DNA of 64,000 bases from an uncultured Gemmatimonadaceae bacterium. GTDB taxonomy: Bacteria > Gemmatimonadota > Gemmatimonadetes > Gemmatimonadales > Gemmatimonadaceae. Positions 49,371 to 59,235 of the stretch are shown here, in pieces. Under the pieces are notes generated by a model. That model made no database searches. It worked only from the letters and a program-made list of their open reading frames with translations, and was not told the origin of the DNA. Every line of letters starts with the position of its first letter. Positions within the stretch are counted from its first letter, which is position 1. The DNA lies in contig CAWAGQ010000003.1 in NCBI GenBank assembly GCA_963781585.1, positions 192,001 to 256,000 of the forward strand, read 5' to 3'. Made by a program: the position numbers and the translations under genes.

Positions 49371-50650
49371 GCAACGACGCGCACACCGCCGGTGCCGCCA
49401 GCCCCGCCACCGCGTTGGCCGATGCCGCGGCCGGCCTGGACGCCTGCGTCCACTGTGGATTCTGCCTGCAGGCGTGTCCCACTTACCTCGCGCTGAGCGA
49501 TGAGAACGACAGTCCACGTGGCCGACTGTTTCTCATGCGGGCCGTGGTGGAGGGCGACCTCGCGGCAACCGATCCGGCTTTCCGAACGCATATCGATCGA
49601 TGCCTGGGGTGTCGGGCCTGCGAGACGGCGTGTCCCAGTGGCGTGCCCTACGGCGCGCTGCTGGAGGCCAGTCGGGCGACCATCGGTGCCTCTCGACCCG
49701 TTCCACGCCTGACGAGGATGCTGCTCGCCACGATGGCCCGCCCGGTCTGGCGCTCGGCGGCGCTCGCCCTCGGTCGCGCACTGCGCGCCACCGGGCTGGC
49801 GCGGCTGTTCGCGCGCCTCCCGGGTCGCGTGGGATTCGCATGCGCCATGCTGGAGAGCTCCCGACCGGTCGCCATGCGCGCGAACTACGCCCCCCACGAG
49901 TCGGATGCGCGTGGCCGCGTGGCGGTGCTGGTGGGATGTGTGATGGAGGGCCTGTTTGCGCCCACCAACGAAGCGACTCGACGCACACTCGCGATGAACG
50001 AATACCGGTTGGTTCCCGCGCCGGGTCAGGGATGTTGCGGCGCGCTCCACGCGCACGCCGGTGACCTCGCCGGCGCGCGCGCGCTTGCGCGCCGCAACAT
50101 CGTCGCGTTCGAGCAATGCGGCGCCGACTCGATCGCGGTGAATGCCGCCGGATGCGGTGCGATGATGAAGGAGTACGGACACTTGTTCGGACGCGATGCC
50201 TCGTGGCGCGATCGCGCGGCCGCAATCGGGGCACGCGTACGTGACGTCACCGAACTGCTGGCGGCCGCCGGTCCGCGGCCAGGCGGCCCGCTCCCCCTGT
50301 CGGTGGCCTACGATGCACCGTGTCACCTGTTGCACGCCCAACGCGTCGGCACAGCGCCGCTCACGGTGCTCCGCGCCATTCCCGATCTCGACCTCACACC
50401 GCTTCCTGACGCCGACCAGTGTTGTGGAGGCGCGGGCATCTACAATCTGGTCGAGCCGGGGCTCTCCCGCGCGGTGCTGGCGCCCAAGCTGTCGGCCATC
50501 GGGCGCTCCGCGGCGCAATTCGTGGCCACGGGCAACCCGGGTTGCCACATGCAGATCGGTGCCGGTCTCCTGCAGACGCACCAGCCGGCGCGGTGCATCC
50601 ATCCCGTCGATTTGCTCGACGCGTCCTACGCACGCCTGCGGCCGTCGTAG
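49367..50650 (+). CDS. glcF: Glycolate oxidase Fe-S subunit GlcF-like
   Basis: CVHCGFC...CPTY, CLGCRACETACPSGV, two CCG domains. Confidence 0.88.
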   Translation: MSNDAHTAGAASPATALADAAAGLDACVHCGFCLQACPTYLALSDENDSPRGRLFLMRAVVEGDLAATDPAFRTHIDRCLGCRACETACPSGVPYGALLEASRATIGASRPVPRLTRMLLATMARPVWRSAALALGRALRATGLARLFARLPGRVGFACAMLESSRPVAMRANYAPHESDARGRVAVLVGCVMEGLFAPTNEATRRTLAMNEYRLVPAPGQGCCGALHAHAGDLAGARALARRNIVAFEQCGADSIAVNAAGCGAMMKEYGHLFGRDASWRDRAAAIGARVRDVTELLAAAGPRPGGPLPLSVAYDAPCHLLHAQRVGTAPLTVLRAIPDLDLTPLPDADQCCGGAGIYNLVEPGLSRAVLAPKLSAIGRSAAQFVATGNPGCHMQIGAGLLQTHQPARCIHPVDLLDASYARLRPS

Positions 50651-50714
50651 CCGGGGCTCGTGAACCGCGCCGGCGACGGTACCGTTTCCTTCCCCGCCGG
50701 TTTACTCCTTCTAC

Positions 50715-51407
50715 ATGCTGGATTCGGTGCTCTTCGAGTTTGATGGAGTTCTCGCGGACACCGCCGACGCGCGCGCGGACGCGCTGCGGTCGACGCTGCA
50801 CGTGGACGGCGTGGATCTCTCGGACGACGAATACCGGTCCGCGTGCGCCGGGCTCGGCTTCGAGGAGGCCGTGCGGAACGCGATGGCGCTGCGCGCCGCG
50901 CCCGTTGACGCCGCAGCGATCGCACTCGTGGCCTTGCGCGCCGATCGCACCTATCAGGCGTACCTTGGCAAGGGGCTGCGGCTGGCCGACGGCGCGCGCG
51001 AGGTGATCGAGCGCTTTCTGCCGGTGACCCGACTCGGCATCGTGACCCGGTCCAGTCGCCGCGAGGTCGGGTTCGTGCTCGGGCTGGCCCGCCTCGAACA
51101 CGCCTTTACGTGCATCATTGCCGCCGAGGACGCCTATCCCGGCAAGCCGTCGCCGGCGCCGTACCGGGCTGCGTTGGAGCGGCTCACGCGGCAGCGGCCG
51201 CTCCTCGCGCACGCGCGCGTCGTGGCTTTCGAGAACGGCCTGGCCGGCATCCGCGCCGCCCGGGGCGCCGGAATCGAGTGCGTGGCCGTAGGCGATCTGC
51301 CCGCGCACGTGGCGATCGAGGCCGACGCGTTGCTCCCGGGGATCACCGGCCTCACCCCTGACCGGCTGCTCACACTGCTCACGCGCAGCAGCGAGCCGAT
51401 CGTCTGA
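50715..51407 (+). CDS. HAD-fold protein with degenerate catalytic motifs
   Basis: LFEFDGV (motif I), GKPSP, FENG..G. Confidence 0.75.
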   Translation: MLDSVLFEFDGVLADTADARADALRSTLHVDGVDLSDDEYRSACAGLGFEEAVRNAMALRAAPVDAAAIALVALRADRTYQAYLGKGLRLADGAREVIERFLPVTRLGIVTRSSRREVGFVLGLARLEHAFTCIIAAEDAYPGKPSPAPYRAALERLTRQRPLLAHARVVAFENGLAGIRAARGAGIECVAVGDLPAHVAIEADALLPGITGLTPDRLLTLLTRSSEPIV

Positions 51408-52480
51408 TGGAAGCCCACACGCCTAACGCGATCGGACGCAGCGACGGACGCGGACCGGAGCCGCGGTCGCACGGTCCGTCGTCCGCCGGCAACCCGGTGC
51501 TGGAATACGACGCCCTCCGGGGCGCCGCCATCGTCCTCGACCGCAGTGATCGGACGCGGGCCACGTTCGCCGGACCGGCGGCGGCCGAGGTGCTCACCGG
51601 CCTGCTCACCAACGACGTTCCTGCGCTGACGCCCGGTCAGGGTCAATACGCGGCCGTGCTCACTCCCAAAGGGAAGATCATCGCCGACGTGCGCGTGTTC
51701 GCGCGCGACCAGGACCTGTTTGTCGATGCCCCCGCCCGCGCTTCGGCCGGGTGGTGGAACCTCGTCCGCAAATTCGTCAACCCGCGCCTGGCCCGCTATG
51801 CCGATGTCAGCGCGTCGCTCGGCGACATCGGAATCTTCGGCCTGGCGGCGGTGGGTGTGGTCGGCAGAATGTGCGGGCTGGGCCCCGAGGAGCTGACAGC
51901 GCTCGCTCCGTATGCGCACCGGCAGGTGCAGCTCGGGAGCGAGAAGGTCATGCTGGCTCGTGTGCCCGATGCCGGGTTGGATGGATTCGAGTTCTTCCCG
52001 GAGCTGGAGGCGGTGCTCGAGGTGCGTGCGCGCGCGATCCAGTGCGGCGCCACGCCCGCCGGCGCGGCCGCGTTCGAGATCGCCCGCATCGAGGCGGGAC
52101 GCCCCGAGTGGGGTCTGGACATGGATGACACGACCCTGCCCCAGGAGGCCAACCTCGACACGCTCCACGCCATCTCGTACACGAAGGGATGCTATACCGG
52201 GCAGGAGACGGTGGCCCGCGTGCATTTCCGCGGACACGTGAATCGTCACTTGCGTGGACTGGAGTTCGATCCAGCAGTCCTGCCGGTGGTCGGCGCCGAG
52301 CTGGTCGATGACGCCGAGCGTGTGGTCGGAGACGTACGAAGTGTCGCGCGCTCTCCGAGACTCGGCGGTGTGGCGCTGGCAATGGTGCGTCGCGAGGTGC
52401 AGCCGGGCGGGATACTCATGGCGAGGTGGCCGGAAGGCACGGTTCGCGTGAGTGTGCTCGAGCTCCCGTTCCCGCCCTGA
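51407..52480 (+). CDS. ygfZ: YgfZ/GcvT-like folate-binding protein
   Basis: LTND, TPKGK, ARIEAG, KGCYTGQE signature. Confidence 0.88.
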   Translation: MEAHTPNAIGRSDGRGPEPRSHGPSSAGNPVLEYDALRGAAIVLDRSDRTRATFAGPAAAEVLTGLLTNDVPALTPGQGQYAAVLTPKGKIIADVRVFARDQDLFVDAPARASAGWWNLVRKFVNPRLARYADVSASLGDIGIFGLAAVGVVGRMCGLGPEELTALAPYAHRQVQLGSEKVMLARVPDAGLDGFEFFPELEAVLEVRARAIQCGATPAGAAAFEIARIEAGRPEWGLDMDDTTLPQEANLDTLHAISYTKGCYTGQETVARVHFRGHVNRHLRGLEFDPAVLPVVGAELVDDAERVVGDVRSVARSPRLGGVALAMVRREVQPGGILMARWPEGTVRVSVLELPFPP

Positions 52481-52609
52481 GGGGGCTGGCAAGTCGTTCA
52501 TCCGGCGAGTAGCCTGACAGACGGACGCTCGCGCACGTTCGTGAGGATGACGCCCCGCTCGGTCGATTGCGGATAGCGCGACACGGTTCGCACTTCACGG
52601 GAGTACAGG

Positions 52610-54082
52610 TTGCCAGAACTGCCGAGAACACTGGGCGCTCTCCGGCGTTCCCCGCTCGGCGCTCCGGAGCGGGTGCTCCGCAGCGTCAAGGATGAGATGC
52701 GCGCCAATCTGCTGGCACGGCTGCGTTCCGGCAGCGCGCTCTTCGCGGACGTGATTGGGTACGACGAGTCCGTGATTCCCCAGCTCATCAATGCGGTGCT
52801 GGCACGTCACAACTTCATCCTCCTGGGGCTGCGCGGGCAGGCCAAATCACGCATCCTCCGCTCCCTGGTCACGTTGCTCGACGACGCGATTCCCATCGTC
52901 GACGGCAGTGAGATCAACGACAGCCCGTACGCTCCGATCTCGAAGTACGCGCGGGCGCTCCTCTCCGAGGCCGGCGACGACACACCCGTCGCGTGGGTGG
53001 AGCGGTCCAGCCGCTATGTCGAGAAGCTCGCCACTCCCGACGTCACCATCGCCGACATCATCGGCGATCTCGATCCCATCAAGGCGGCGCGCGGCGGCCA
53101 TCTGCTCTCGGACGAACTGACCATCCACTACGGAATGCTGCCGCGCGCGAACCGCGGCATTTTCGCTCTCAACGAGCTCCCCGATCTGGCCGGGAAAGTG
53201 CAGGTGGGCCTGTTCAACATCATGCAGGAAGGCGACGTCCAGATCAAAGGCTATCCGGTGCGATTGCCCCTCGACGTGCTCCTGTGTTTCACCGCCAATC
53301 CCGAGGACTACACGGCGCGCGGCAAGATCATCACCCCGCTCAAGGACCGCATCGGCAGCGAGATCGCGACTCACTATCCCGAGACGGTCGAGCTGGGCAT
53401 GCAGATCACCACTCAGGAAGCCTGGACGAACCGGGACGCCATGCCGGTGCGCATTCCGGACTTCCTGTCCGAGGTGATCGAGCGTGTGGCGTTCGAGGCT
53501 CGCACCGACAAACGCGTGGACCGCCGGTCGGGCGTGTCGCAACGAATGCCCATCTCGCTCGTCGAGAACGTCGTCTCCAACGCCGAGCGGCGCGCCATTC
53601 ATCTCGGGGAGCGCGAAATCGTGCCGCGGATCGCGGACGTGTATTCGGCCCTGCCCGCCATCACGGGGAAGATCGAGCTGGAATACGAAGGCGAACTGCT
53701 CGGCGCCTCGGTGATCGCGCGCGAACTGATCCGCCGGGCCGCCGACGCGACGTTCCGGGCACGTGCCGGCACGGTGAACGCTGACGAGATCATCATCTGG
53801 TTCGACGGAGGTGGCGCGGTACAGGTGACCGACGACGTCGAGGCCGTCGCACTGCACCGCGCCTTCGGCACGGTACCTGGGCTGGTCGACCTGGTGCATC
53901 ATGTGGGTCTGGCGCCGGAGAGCGACCCGGCCTTCACGGCGTCGGCCTGCGAGCTGGTCCTGGAGGCGCTGGTGGCGCGTCGCAAGATCTCGCGATCCGA
54001 GGGGGGGCAGTACGGGCGGGCGCCGGCCGAACAGCGGCGGCGGCCGAATCAGGATCTCTTTGGCGGCGGGCTGACCGCCTGA
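52610..54082 (+). CDS. AAA+ ATPase (Mg-chelatase-like family)
   Basis: GLRGQAKS Walker A, EKLATPD, ANRGIFALNELPDL, TANPEDYT. Confidence 0.85.
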   Translation: MPELPRTLGALRRSPLGAPERVLRSVKDEMRANLLARLRSGSALFADVIGYDESVIPQLINAVLARHNFILLGLRGQAKSRILRSLVTLLDDAIPIVDGSEINDSPYAPISKYARALLSEAGDDTPVAWVERSSRYVEKLATPDVTIADIIGDLDPIKAARGGHLLSDELTIHYGMLPRANRGIFALNELPDLAGKVQVGLFNIMQEGDVQIKGYPVRLPLDVLLCFTANPEDYTARGKIITPLKDRIGSEIATHYPETVELGMQITTQEAWTNRDAMPVRIPDFLSEVIERVAFEARTDKRVDRRSGVSQRMPISLVENVVSNAERRAIHLGEREIVPRIADVYSALPAITGKIELEYEGELLGASVIARELIRRAADATFRARAGTVNADEIIIWFDGGGAVQVTDDVEAVALHRAFGTVPGLVDLVHHVGLAPESDPAFTASACELVLEALVARRKISRSEGGQYGRAPAEQRRRPNQDLFGGGLTA

Positions 54083-54114
54083 CGGCGGACAACGCGGGCC
54101 ATCGCCCAGCCAAC

Positions 54115-54669
54115 TTGTCCACCTCCCGCACTGCCACCCATCCGGCGCCACGGTCCGGCCGCGGGCGGCGCCGGGCCCCTCCGGGCCGCGAGCCGGTCCT
54201 CGTGAGGGCCGCCGTAGGGGACGACGAGCCGGCGGTCACGGCGTTGCGGCTGGCGCTCCTGGCGGAGGAAGCGAGGAGTCCACTCTTCGCCCAGCCTCAT
54301 CCGCGCGCCGCAGACCGGGCGCGCCAACTCTCGGCCACGCAGCTGGCGGCACGGAACGAAGCGGTGCTGCTGGCCTTTGCCGGCGCCCACGCCGTCGGCA
54401 TGCTGCGCTGTTCGATCGCTCGCGGGTTTCCGCTCGTGCGCGACGCCCGCCACGCGGCGTTGACGTCGGCCTACGTTCGGCCGGAATACCGGCGCAAGGG
54501 CGTTCTCCGGGCCCTGCTGTCCGCCGCCGACGAATGGTGCCGAGCGCGTCGGCTCGGCGAGATGCGCCTGCGATGCACGGTGGAGAACGCTGGCGGCAAC
54601 GCCGCCTGGGAATCGTTAGGCTTCGCCCCCGCGGAGATCGTGCACCGCCGCCCGGTTCCCCGGTCCTGA
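54115..54669 (+). CDS. GNAT family acetyltransferase
   Basis: YVRPEYRRKG, N...WESLGF; start may be GTG 54202. Confidence 0.8.
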   Translation: MSTSRTATHPAPRSGRGRRRAPPGREPVLVRAAVGDDEPAVTALRLALLAEEARSPLFAQPHPRAADRARQLSATQLAARNEAVLLAFAGAHAVGMLRCSIARGFPLVRDARHAALTSAYVRPEYRRKGVLRALLSAADEWCRARRLGEMRLRCTVENAGGNAAWESLGFAPAEIVHRRPVPRS

Positions 54670-54675
54670 TCACGC

Positions 54676-55308
54676 GTGCCGGTCATCACCATCTCTCGCA
54701 TGTTCGGATCCGGCGGCTCGGAGGTCGCCCGCGGGGTGGCGCAGGCCCTTCGGTGGACGCTGGTGGACAACGCGTTCGTGGAGGGCGTGGCCGGGCGGCT
54801 CGGCACCACACCGGCAACGGTGGAAGCCATCGAAGAGCGGGTGCCCACACTGGCCGAACGGATTGCCGATGCGTTCGCCCTTGGCTCTCCGGAGGTGTTG
54901 CCGGCGGCCATGTCCACTCCCCTTCTGCCAACGGAAGAACGGGTGCTCCAGGTCACGCGCCGCCTCATCGACGAGACCCTCGCCCGCGGGCCGGCGGTGC
55001 TGGTGGGACGCGGCGCCCAGGCATACCTCGAACCGCGCGCCGACGCACTCCACGTCCTGTGCTGCGCGCCGCACGAGGCGCTTGTGGCTCGCGTGGCCGA
55101 GCGCGATCACCTGGCGCCGGACGAGGCCGACCGGCTGGTGCGCGAGAAGAACCAGCAACGCGCGCAGTTCGTGCAGGCCAACTGGGGACGGCAATGGCTC
55201 GCCCCGGAACACTATCATCTCTGTCTCAACACCACCTGGCTGGGGATCGATGCCGCGGTCGACCTGGTGGTGCAACGGGCGCGCATCCAGTTCGGCGCTG
55301 CTCGTTAG
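54676..55308 (+). CDS. Cytidylate kinase-like family protein
   Basis: VITISRMFGSGG, VLVGRG, YHLCLNT. Confidence 0.85.
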   Translation: MPVITISRMFGSGGSEVARGVAQALRWTLVDNAFVEGVAGRLGTTPATVEAIEERVPTLAERIADAFALGSPEVLPAAMSTPLLPTEERVLQVTRRLIDETLARGPAVLVGRGAQAYLEPRADALHVLCCAPHEALVARVAERDHLAPDEADRLVREKNQQRAQFVQANWGRQWLAPEHYHLCLNTTWLGIDAAVDLVVQRARIQFGAAR

Positions 55309-55315
55309 GCACGCA

Positions 55316-56545
55316 CTACAAGGCCCGGACTTCGGGGTAGCGGCGCAGCGTCAGGATGCCGTATACCATCATGATGGCGGCGGCGCCGCCGATCGCCCAC
55401 TGCACGCCGACCACCCGAGCCACAGCGCCGGCCACGAACGCACCCACCACCTGCGGCAGGCCAACCACGATCAGCGAATACATCGACATCAGGCGGCCCC
55501 GGAGCTCGTCAGGCACAAGCGTCTGCAGCAGACCGTTGGCCACCGCGTTGTTGACGATCATCAGAAACCCCGTGGCCAGCAGCACCGGGTAGGCGAACGC
55601 CGGCTCACGGATGTCCGCCAGGATGATCAGCAGCGTAGCAAACCCCAACGAAGCGATGGCCAGCAGCTTGCCGCGCCGCACCCGATGCCCGATCGCCGCC
55701 AACGACAGCGCGCCTGTCAATCCGCCGATTCCAAGAGCCGACAGCAGAAGGCCGTACCCGCCCGCTCCCAGCCCAAGACGGTCGCGCGCCAGCACCGGCA
55801 TCAACACGATGTACGGAATCCCCAGCACCGAAAACACGGTGACCAGCTCGAGCAGGGCGCGCACCGTGCGCTCGCGACGGACGTAGTCCAGGCCGCCCCG
55901 GATCTCCTCCAGCGGACGGCCGGGACGACGCAGCGGCCTCCAGGGCGGCAATGACACCAGCCACAAGCCGATCAGCACAGTCAGATAGCTCAGTGCATTG
56001 ACGCCGAAACACCACGCGAGGCCCAACCTGGCGATGACCGCCGCTCCGATTGCCGGACCCACGATGCGCGCCAGGTTGAATCCGCTGGAGTTCAGCGCGA
56101 TGGCATCGCGGAGATCGTCCCGGCCCACCAGATCGATCATCAGCGATTGCCGCGCCGGGATTTCCACGCTCCCGATCGCGCCCCCGAGCAATGACAGCGA
56201 CAGCAGCCAGCTGACCGTGATCCGGCCGGTCCAGGTGAGCCACCAGAGCGCCGCCGCTTCGACCAGCAGCAGCGCCTGAGCGATCTTCACCAGGCGCAGC
56301 TTGTCGCTCCGGTCCACGAGCACGCCGGCGTGGAGCGAGAAGATGAGAATCGGGAAGGAACCCGATGCCGCCACCAGCCCCACGATGAAGGCGCTGTTCG
56401 AGAGCTGCAGGGCGAGCCACCCGAGTGCCATCGACTGCATCCACGTGCCGATGAGCGACAGCGTCTGACCGGTCCAGAAAAGCCGGAAGTTCCGATGCGT
56501 GACGAGTACACGAAACGGATTGAGGGTCCGGCGCTGGGAGGGCAC
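55316..56545 (-). CDS. MFS transporter
   Basis: NFRLFWTGQ.LS.IGTWMQ, AIALNS..FNLARIVGP, PDELRGR. Confidence 0.92.
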   Translation of the reverse strand: MPSQRRTLNPFRVLVTHRNFRLFWTGQTLSLIGTWMQSMALGWLALQLSNSAFIVGLVAASGSFPILIFSLHAGVLVDRSDKLRLVKIAQALLLVEAAALWWLTWTGRITVSWLLSLSLLGGAIGSVEIPARQSLMIDLVGRDDLRDAIALNSSGFNLARIVGPAIGAAVIARLGLAWCFGVNALSYLTVLIGLWLVSLPPWRPLRRPGRPLEEIRGGLDYVRRERTVRALLELVTVFSVLGIPYIVLMPVLARDRLGLGAGGYGLLLSALGIGGLTGALSLAAIGHRVRRGKLLAIASLGFATLLIILADIREPAFAYPVLLATGFLMIVNNAVANGLLQTLVPDELRGRLMSMYSLIVVGLPQVVGAFVAGAVARVVGVQWAIGGAAAIMMVYGILTLRRYPEVRAL

Positions 56546-56664
56546 GGGGGAAAACTAGTGACGGGCCGCTGCTCACGTCGGAACAGGACGCTGGATATGT
56601 TGTTGGAGCAAGGGCAAACGCGGCATACTTCGCATGACCAGCTCTCTCCTTCGGCCGTCCCGTC

Positions 56665-57945
56665 GTGCGCTTCCACACCTACTCCAGGTTCACCCCTGAG
56701 CTCGCCGACGCGATCGATCTCGAATCGCTCCTCGAGCGGATGGCGGACTTTCTGCTGCAATCCGGCTTTGCCGGCGGCTCCTACTCGCACCCCTACTGGG
56801 GTGATTTCGGCGAGGAAGAGGACCGGTCGCTCGAAGCTCTCAAGCGCGCGATCCTCGACGCGCTGATCGAGAGCGGTCAGCTCACCCCGGAAATGCTCGC
56901 GGCGCTCCGCGGCGAGGGGGACGAGGAGGCGGCCCAACAGCTCGCCGAGTTGCTGGATCAGATCGTGCGCGGCCTGGCCGAGAAGGGCTTCCTGCACCTC
57001 GACGCTCCGCCCCGGGTGGCCGACAGCCATCAGCCAGTCGAAGGCAAGGGGAGCCTGTCGCACGCCGCGTCGCGCGACGTGCAGTTCCGGCTCACCGAGA
57101 AAGGCATCGATTTTCTGGGATACCGCGCCCTGCGACACATCCTGGGCTCGTTGGGACGCAGCAGCGTGGGGAGCCACGACACGCCCCATCTCGCCACCGG
57201 CATCGAGTCAGACGGATGGAGCAAACCGTACGAATTCGGCGATACCCTCAATCTCGATGTCAACCAGACGCTCAAGAACACCCTCGCCCGCACCGGGTCG
57301 CTCGCCGTTCCCATGGACCTCGACTATCCCGACCTGATGGTCCATCAGGCGGAGTATCGCTCGTCCTGCGCGACGGTGCTGCTGCTCGATACATCGCACT
57401 CGATGATCCTGTACGGGGAAGATCGCTTCACGCCGGCCAAGAAGGTCGCGCTCGCACTCACCCACCTGATCAGGACCCAGTATCCCGGGGATACCATTCG
57501 GGTCGTCCTGTTTCACGATTCGGCGGAGGAGATTCCGCTGGCCACTCTGGCCCACGCGCAGGTGGGACCGTACCACACCAACACCGCGGAAGGACTGAGA
57601 CTCTCACGCCGGATTCTGCTCGGACAGAAGAAGGACATGCGCCAGGTGATCATGATCACCGACGGCAAGCCCAGCGCACTCACGATGCCCAACGGCCTGG
57701 TCTACAAGAACGCGATGGGGCTCGACGCCGAGATTATCGCCGCGACCCTCAAGGAAGTGGCGGAATGCCGGCGGGCCGGCATCATGATCAACACGTTCAT
57801 GCTCGCCCGCGATCGGGCGCTGGTGGAGTTCGTCAAGCGCGTGGCGGCGCTCAGCCGCGGCAAAGCGTACTTCACCAACACCATGACGCTCGGACAGTTC
57901 ATCCTCATGGACTTCCTCAAGCGAAAGACGCGAAAGGTAAGCTGA
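56665..57945 (+). CDS. VWA domain protein
   Basis: [20 protein letters not shown]. Confidence 0.88.
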   Translation: MRFHTYSRFTPELADAIDLESLLERMADFLLQSGFAGGSYSHPYWGDFGEEEDRSLEALKRAILDALIESGQLTPEMLAALRGEGDEEAAQQLAELLDQIVRGLAEKGFLHLDAPPRVADSHQPVEGKGSLSHAASRDVQFRLTEKGIDFLGYRALRHILGSLGRSSVGSHDTPHLATGIESDGWSKPYEFGDTLNLDVNQTLKNTLARTGSLAVPMDLDYPDLMVHQAEYRSSCATVLLLDTSHSMILYGEDRFTPAKKVALALTHLIRTQYPGDTIRVVLFHDSAEEIPLATLAHAQVGPYHTNTAEGLRLSRRILLGQKKDMRQVIMITDGKPSALTMPNGLVYKNAMGLDAEIIAATLKEVAECRRAGIMINTFMLARDRALVEFVKRVAALSRGKAYFTNTMTLGQFILMDFLKRKTRKVS

Positions 57946-59097
57946 ATGCCCGAGCTGCCATCGCTGGATCGGGAGGAGATCCACCGATACAGCCGCCATC
58001 TCCTCCTCCCCGAGGTGGGATTGGAAGGACAGCGCCAGTTCAAGGCCGCGCGTGTCCTCGTGGTCGGCGCCGGCGGGCTCGGATCGCCGGCCGCGCTCTA
58101 CCTCGCCGCCGCCGGCGTCGGGACGCTCGGATTGGTCGATTTCGACGTGGTGGACCTGACCAACCTTCAGCGTCAGATTCTCCATGGGACCAGGGACGTG
58201 GGCCGCTCCAAGCTCGAATCGGCGCGTGAGCGGATCGGCGACCTCAATCCGCACGTGCGCGTCGAGTGTTTCGAGACCCGGCTCACCTCCGCCAACGCCC
58301 TCCAGATCGCCGCCGGCTTCGACATCGTGGTTGATGGCACCGACAACTTCGCCACCCGCTATCTGGTGAACGATACCTGCGTGCTGCTAGGCAGGCCTAA
58401 CGTCTACGGCAGCATCTTCCGGTTCGAGGGCCAGGCGTCGGTGTTCGCGACGGCCGACGGTCCCTGTTATCGCTGCCTGTACCCCGAGCCGCCGCCCCCA
58501 GGCCTGGTTCCCAGCTGCGCCGAAGGCGGCGTACTGGGTGTCCTCCCGGGGCTGATCGGCAGCATCCAGGCGACCGAGACCTTGAAGCTGATTCTGGGTC
58601 GGGGCACGTCGCTGGTGGGACGGCTGCTGCTCGTCGACGCGCTGAACGTCCGGATACGGTCGGTGAACGTGCGCCGGAACCCGGGCTGTCCCGCCTGCGG
58701 TACCCGCGAGATTCGTGAGCTCATCGACTACGACCAGTTCTGCGGCGCCCAGCCGACCACCGACGGCGCGGCCGGCCAGGTTCCCGAGATCGCACCGCGC
58801 GAGCTGCTGGCTCGCCTCGCCGCGGGCGAGTCGGTCACGGTGCTCGACGTGCGGGAAGCGTACGAGCGCGCCATCGCCTCCATCGACGGCTCCCGCCACA
58901 TCCCGCTCGGCGCGCTCGAGCAGGCCATGGGCACCCTCGATCCGGGTACGGAGATCGTCGTCTACTGCCAGAGCGGCATTCGCAGCGCAGACGCGGTGCG
59001 CCGCCTGCGCGCCGCCGGTTTCACGAGGGTATGGAACCTGGTCGGGGGCATCAATCGCTGGACCGCGGACGTCGATTCCGCCGTCCGTATCTCCTGA
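57946..59097 (+). CDS. moeB: MoeB/MoeZ adenylyltransferase with C-terminal rhodanese
   Basis: RYSRH, GAGGLG, NLQRQ, DGTDN, CYRC, SCAEGG, CPAC, YCQSGIRS. Confidence 0.92.
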   Translation: MPELPSLDREEIHRYSRHLLLPEVGLEGQRQFKAARVLVVGAGGLGSPAALYLAAAGVGTLGLVDFDVVDLTNLQRQILHGTRDVGRSKLESARERIGDLNPHVRVECFETRLTSANALQIAAGFDIVVDGTDNFATRYLVNDTCVLLGRPNVYGSIFRFEGQASVFATADGPCYRCLYPEPPPPGLVPSCAEGGVLGVLPGLIGSIQATETLKLILGRGTSLVGRLLLVDALNVRIRSVNVRRNPGCPACGTREIRELIDYDQFCGAQPTTDGAAGQVPEIAPRELLARLAAGESVTVLDVREAYERAIASIDGSRHIPLGALEQAMGTLDPGTEIVVYCQSGIRSADAVRRLRAAGFTRVWNLVGGINRWTADVDSAVRIS

Positions 59098-59235
59098 ACT
59101 GCCCGCCGGTGTCCTCATCCGGGTGCACGCGCCCCGCGCTGCGGCTGTCGGATGGTGCGGCATCACGCCCGGTTCCCGTGCCTGACGCCGGGCCGCGGCC
59201 GCATCGCGCGTGCCGGTTCCCTCGTTAGGCTCCCG

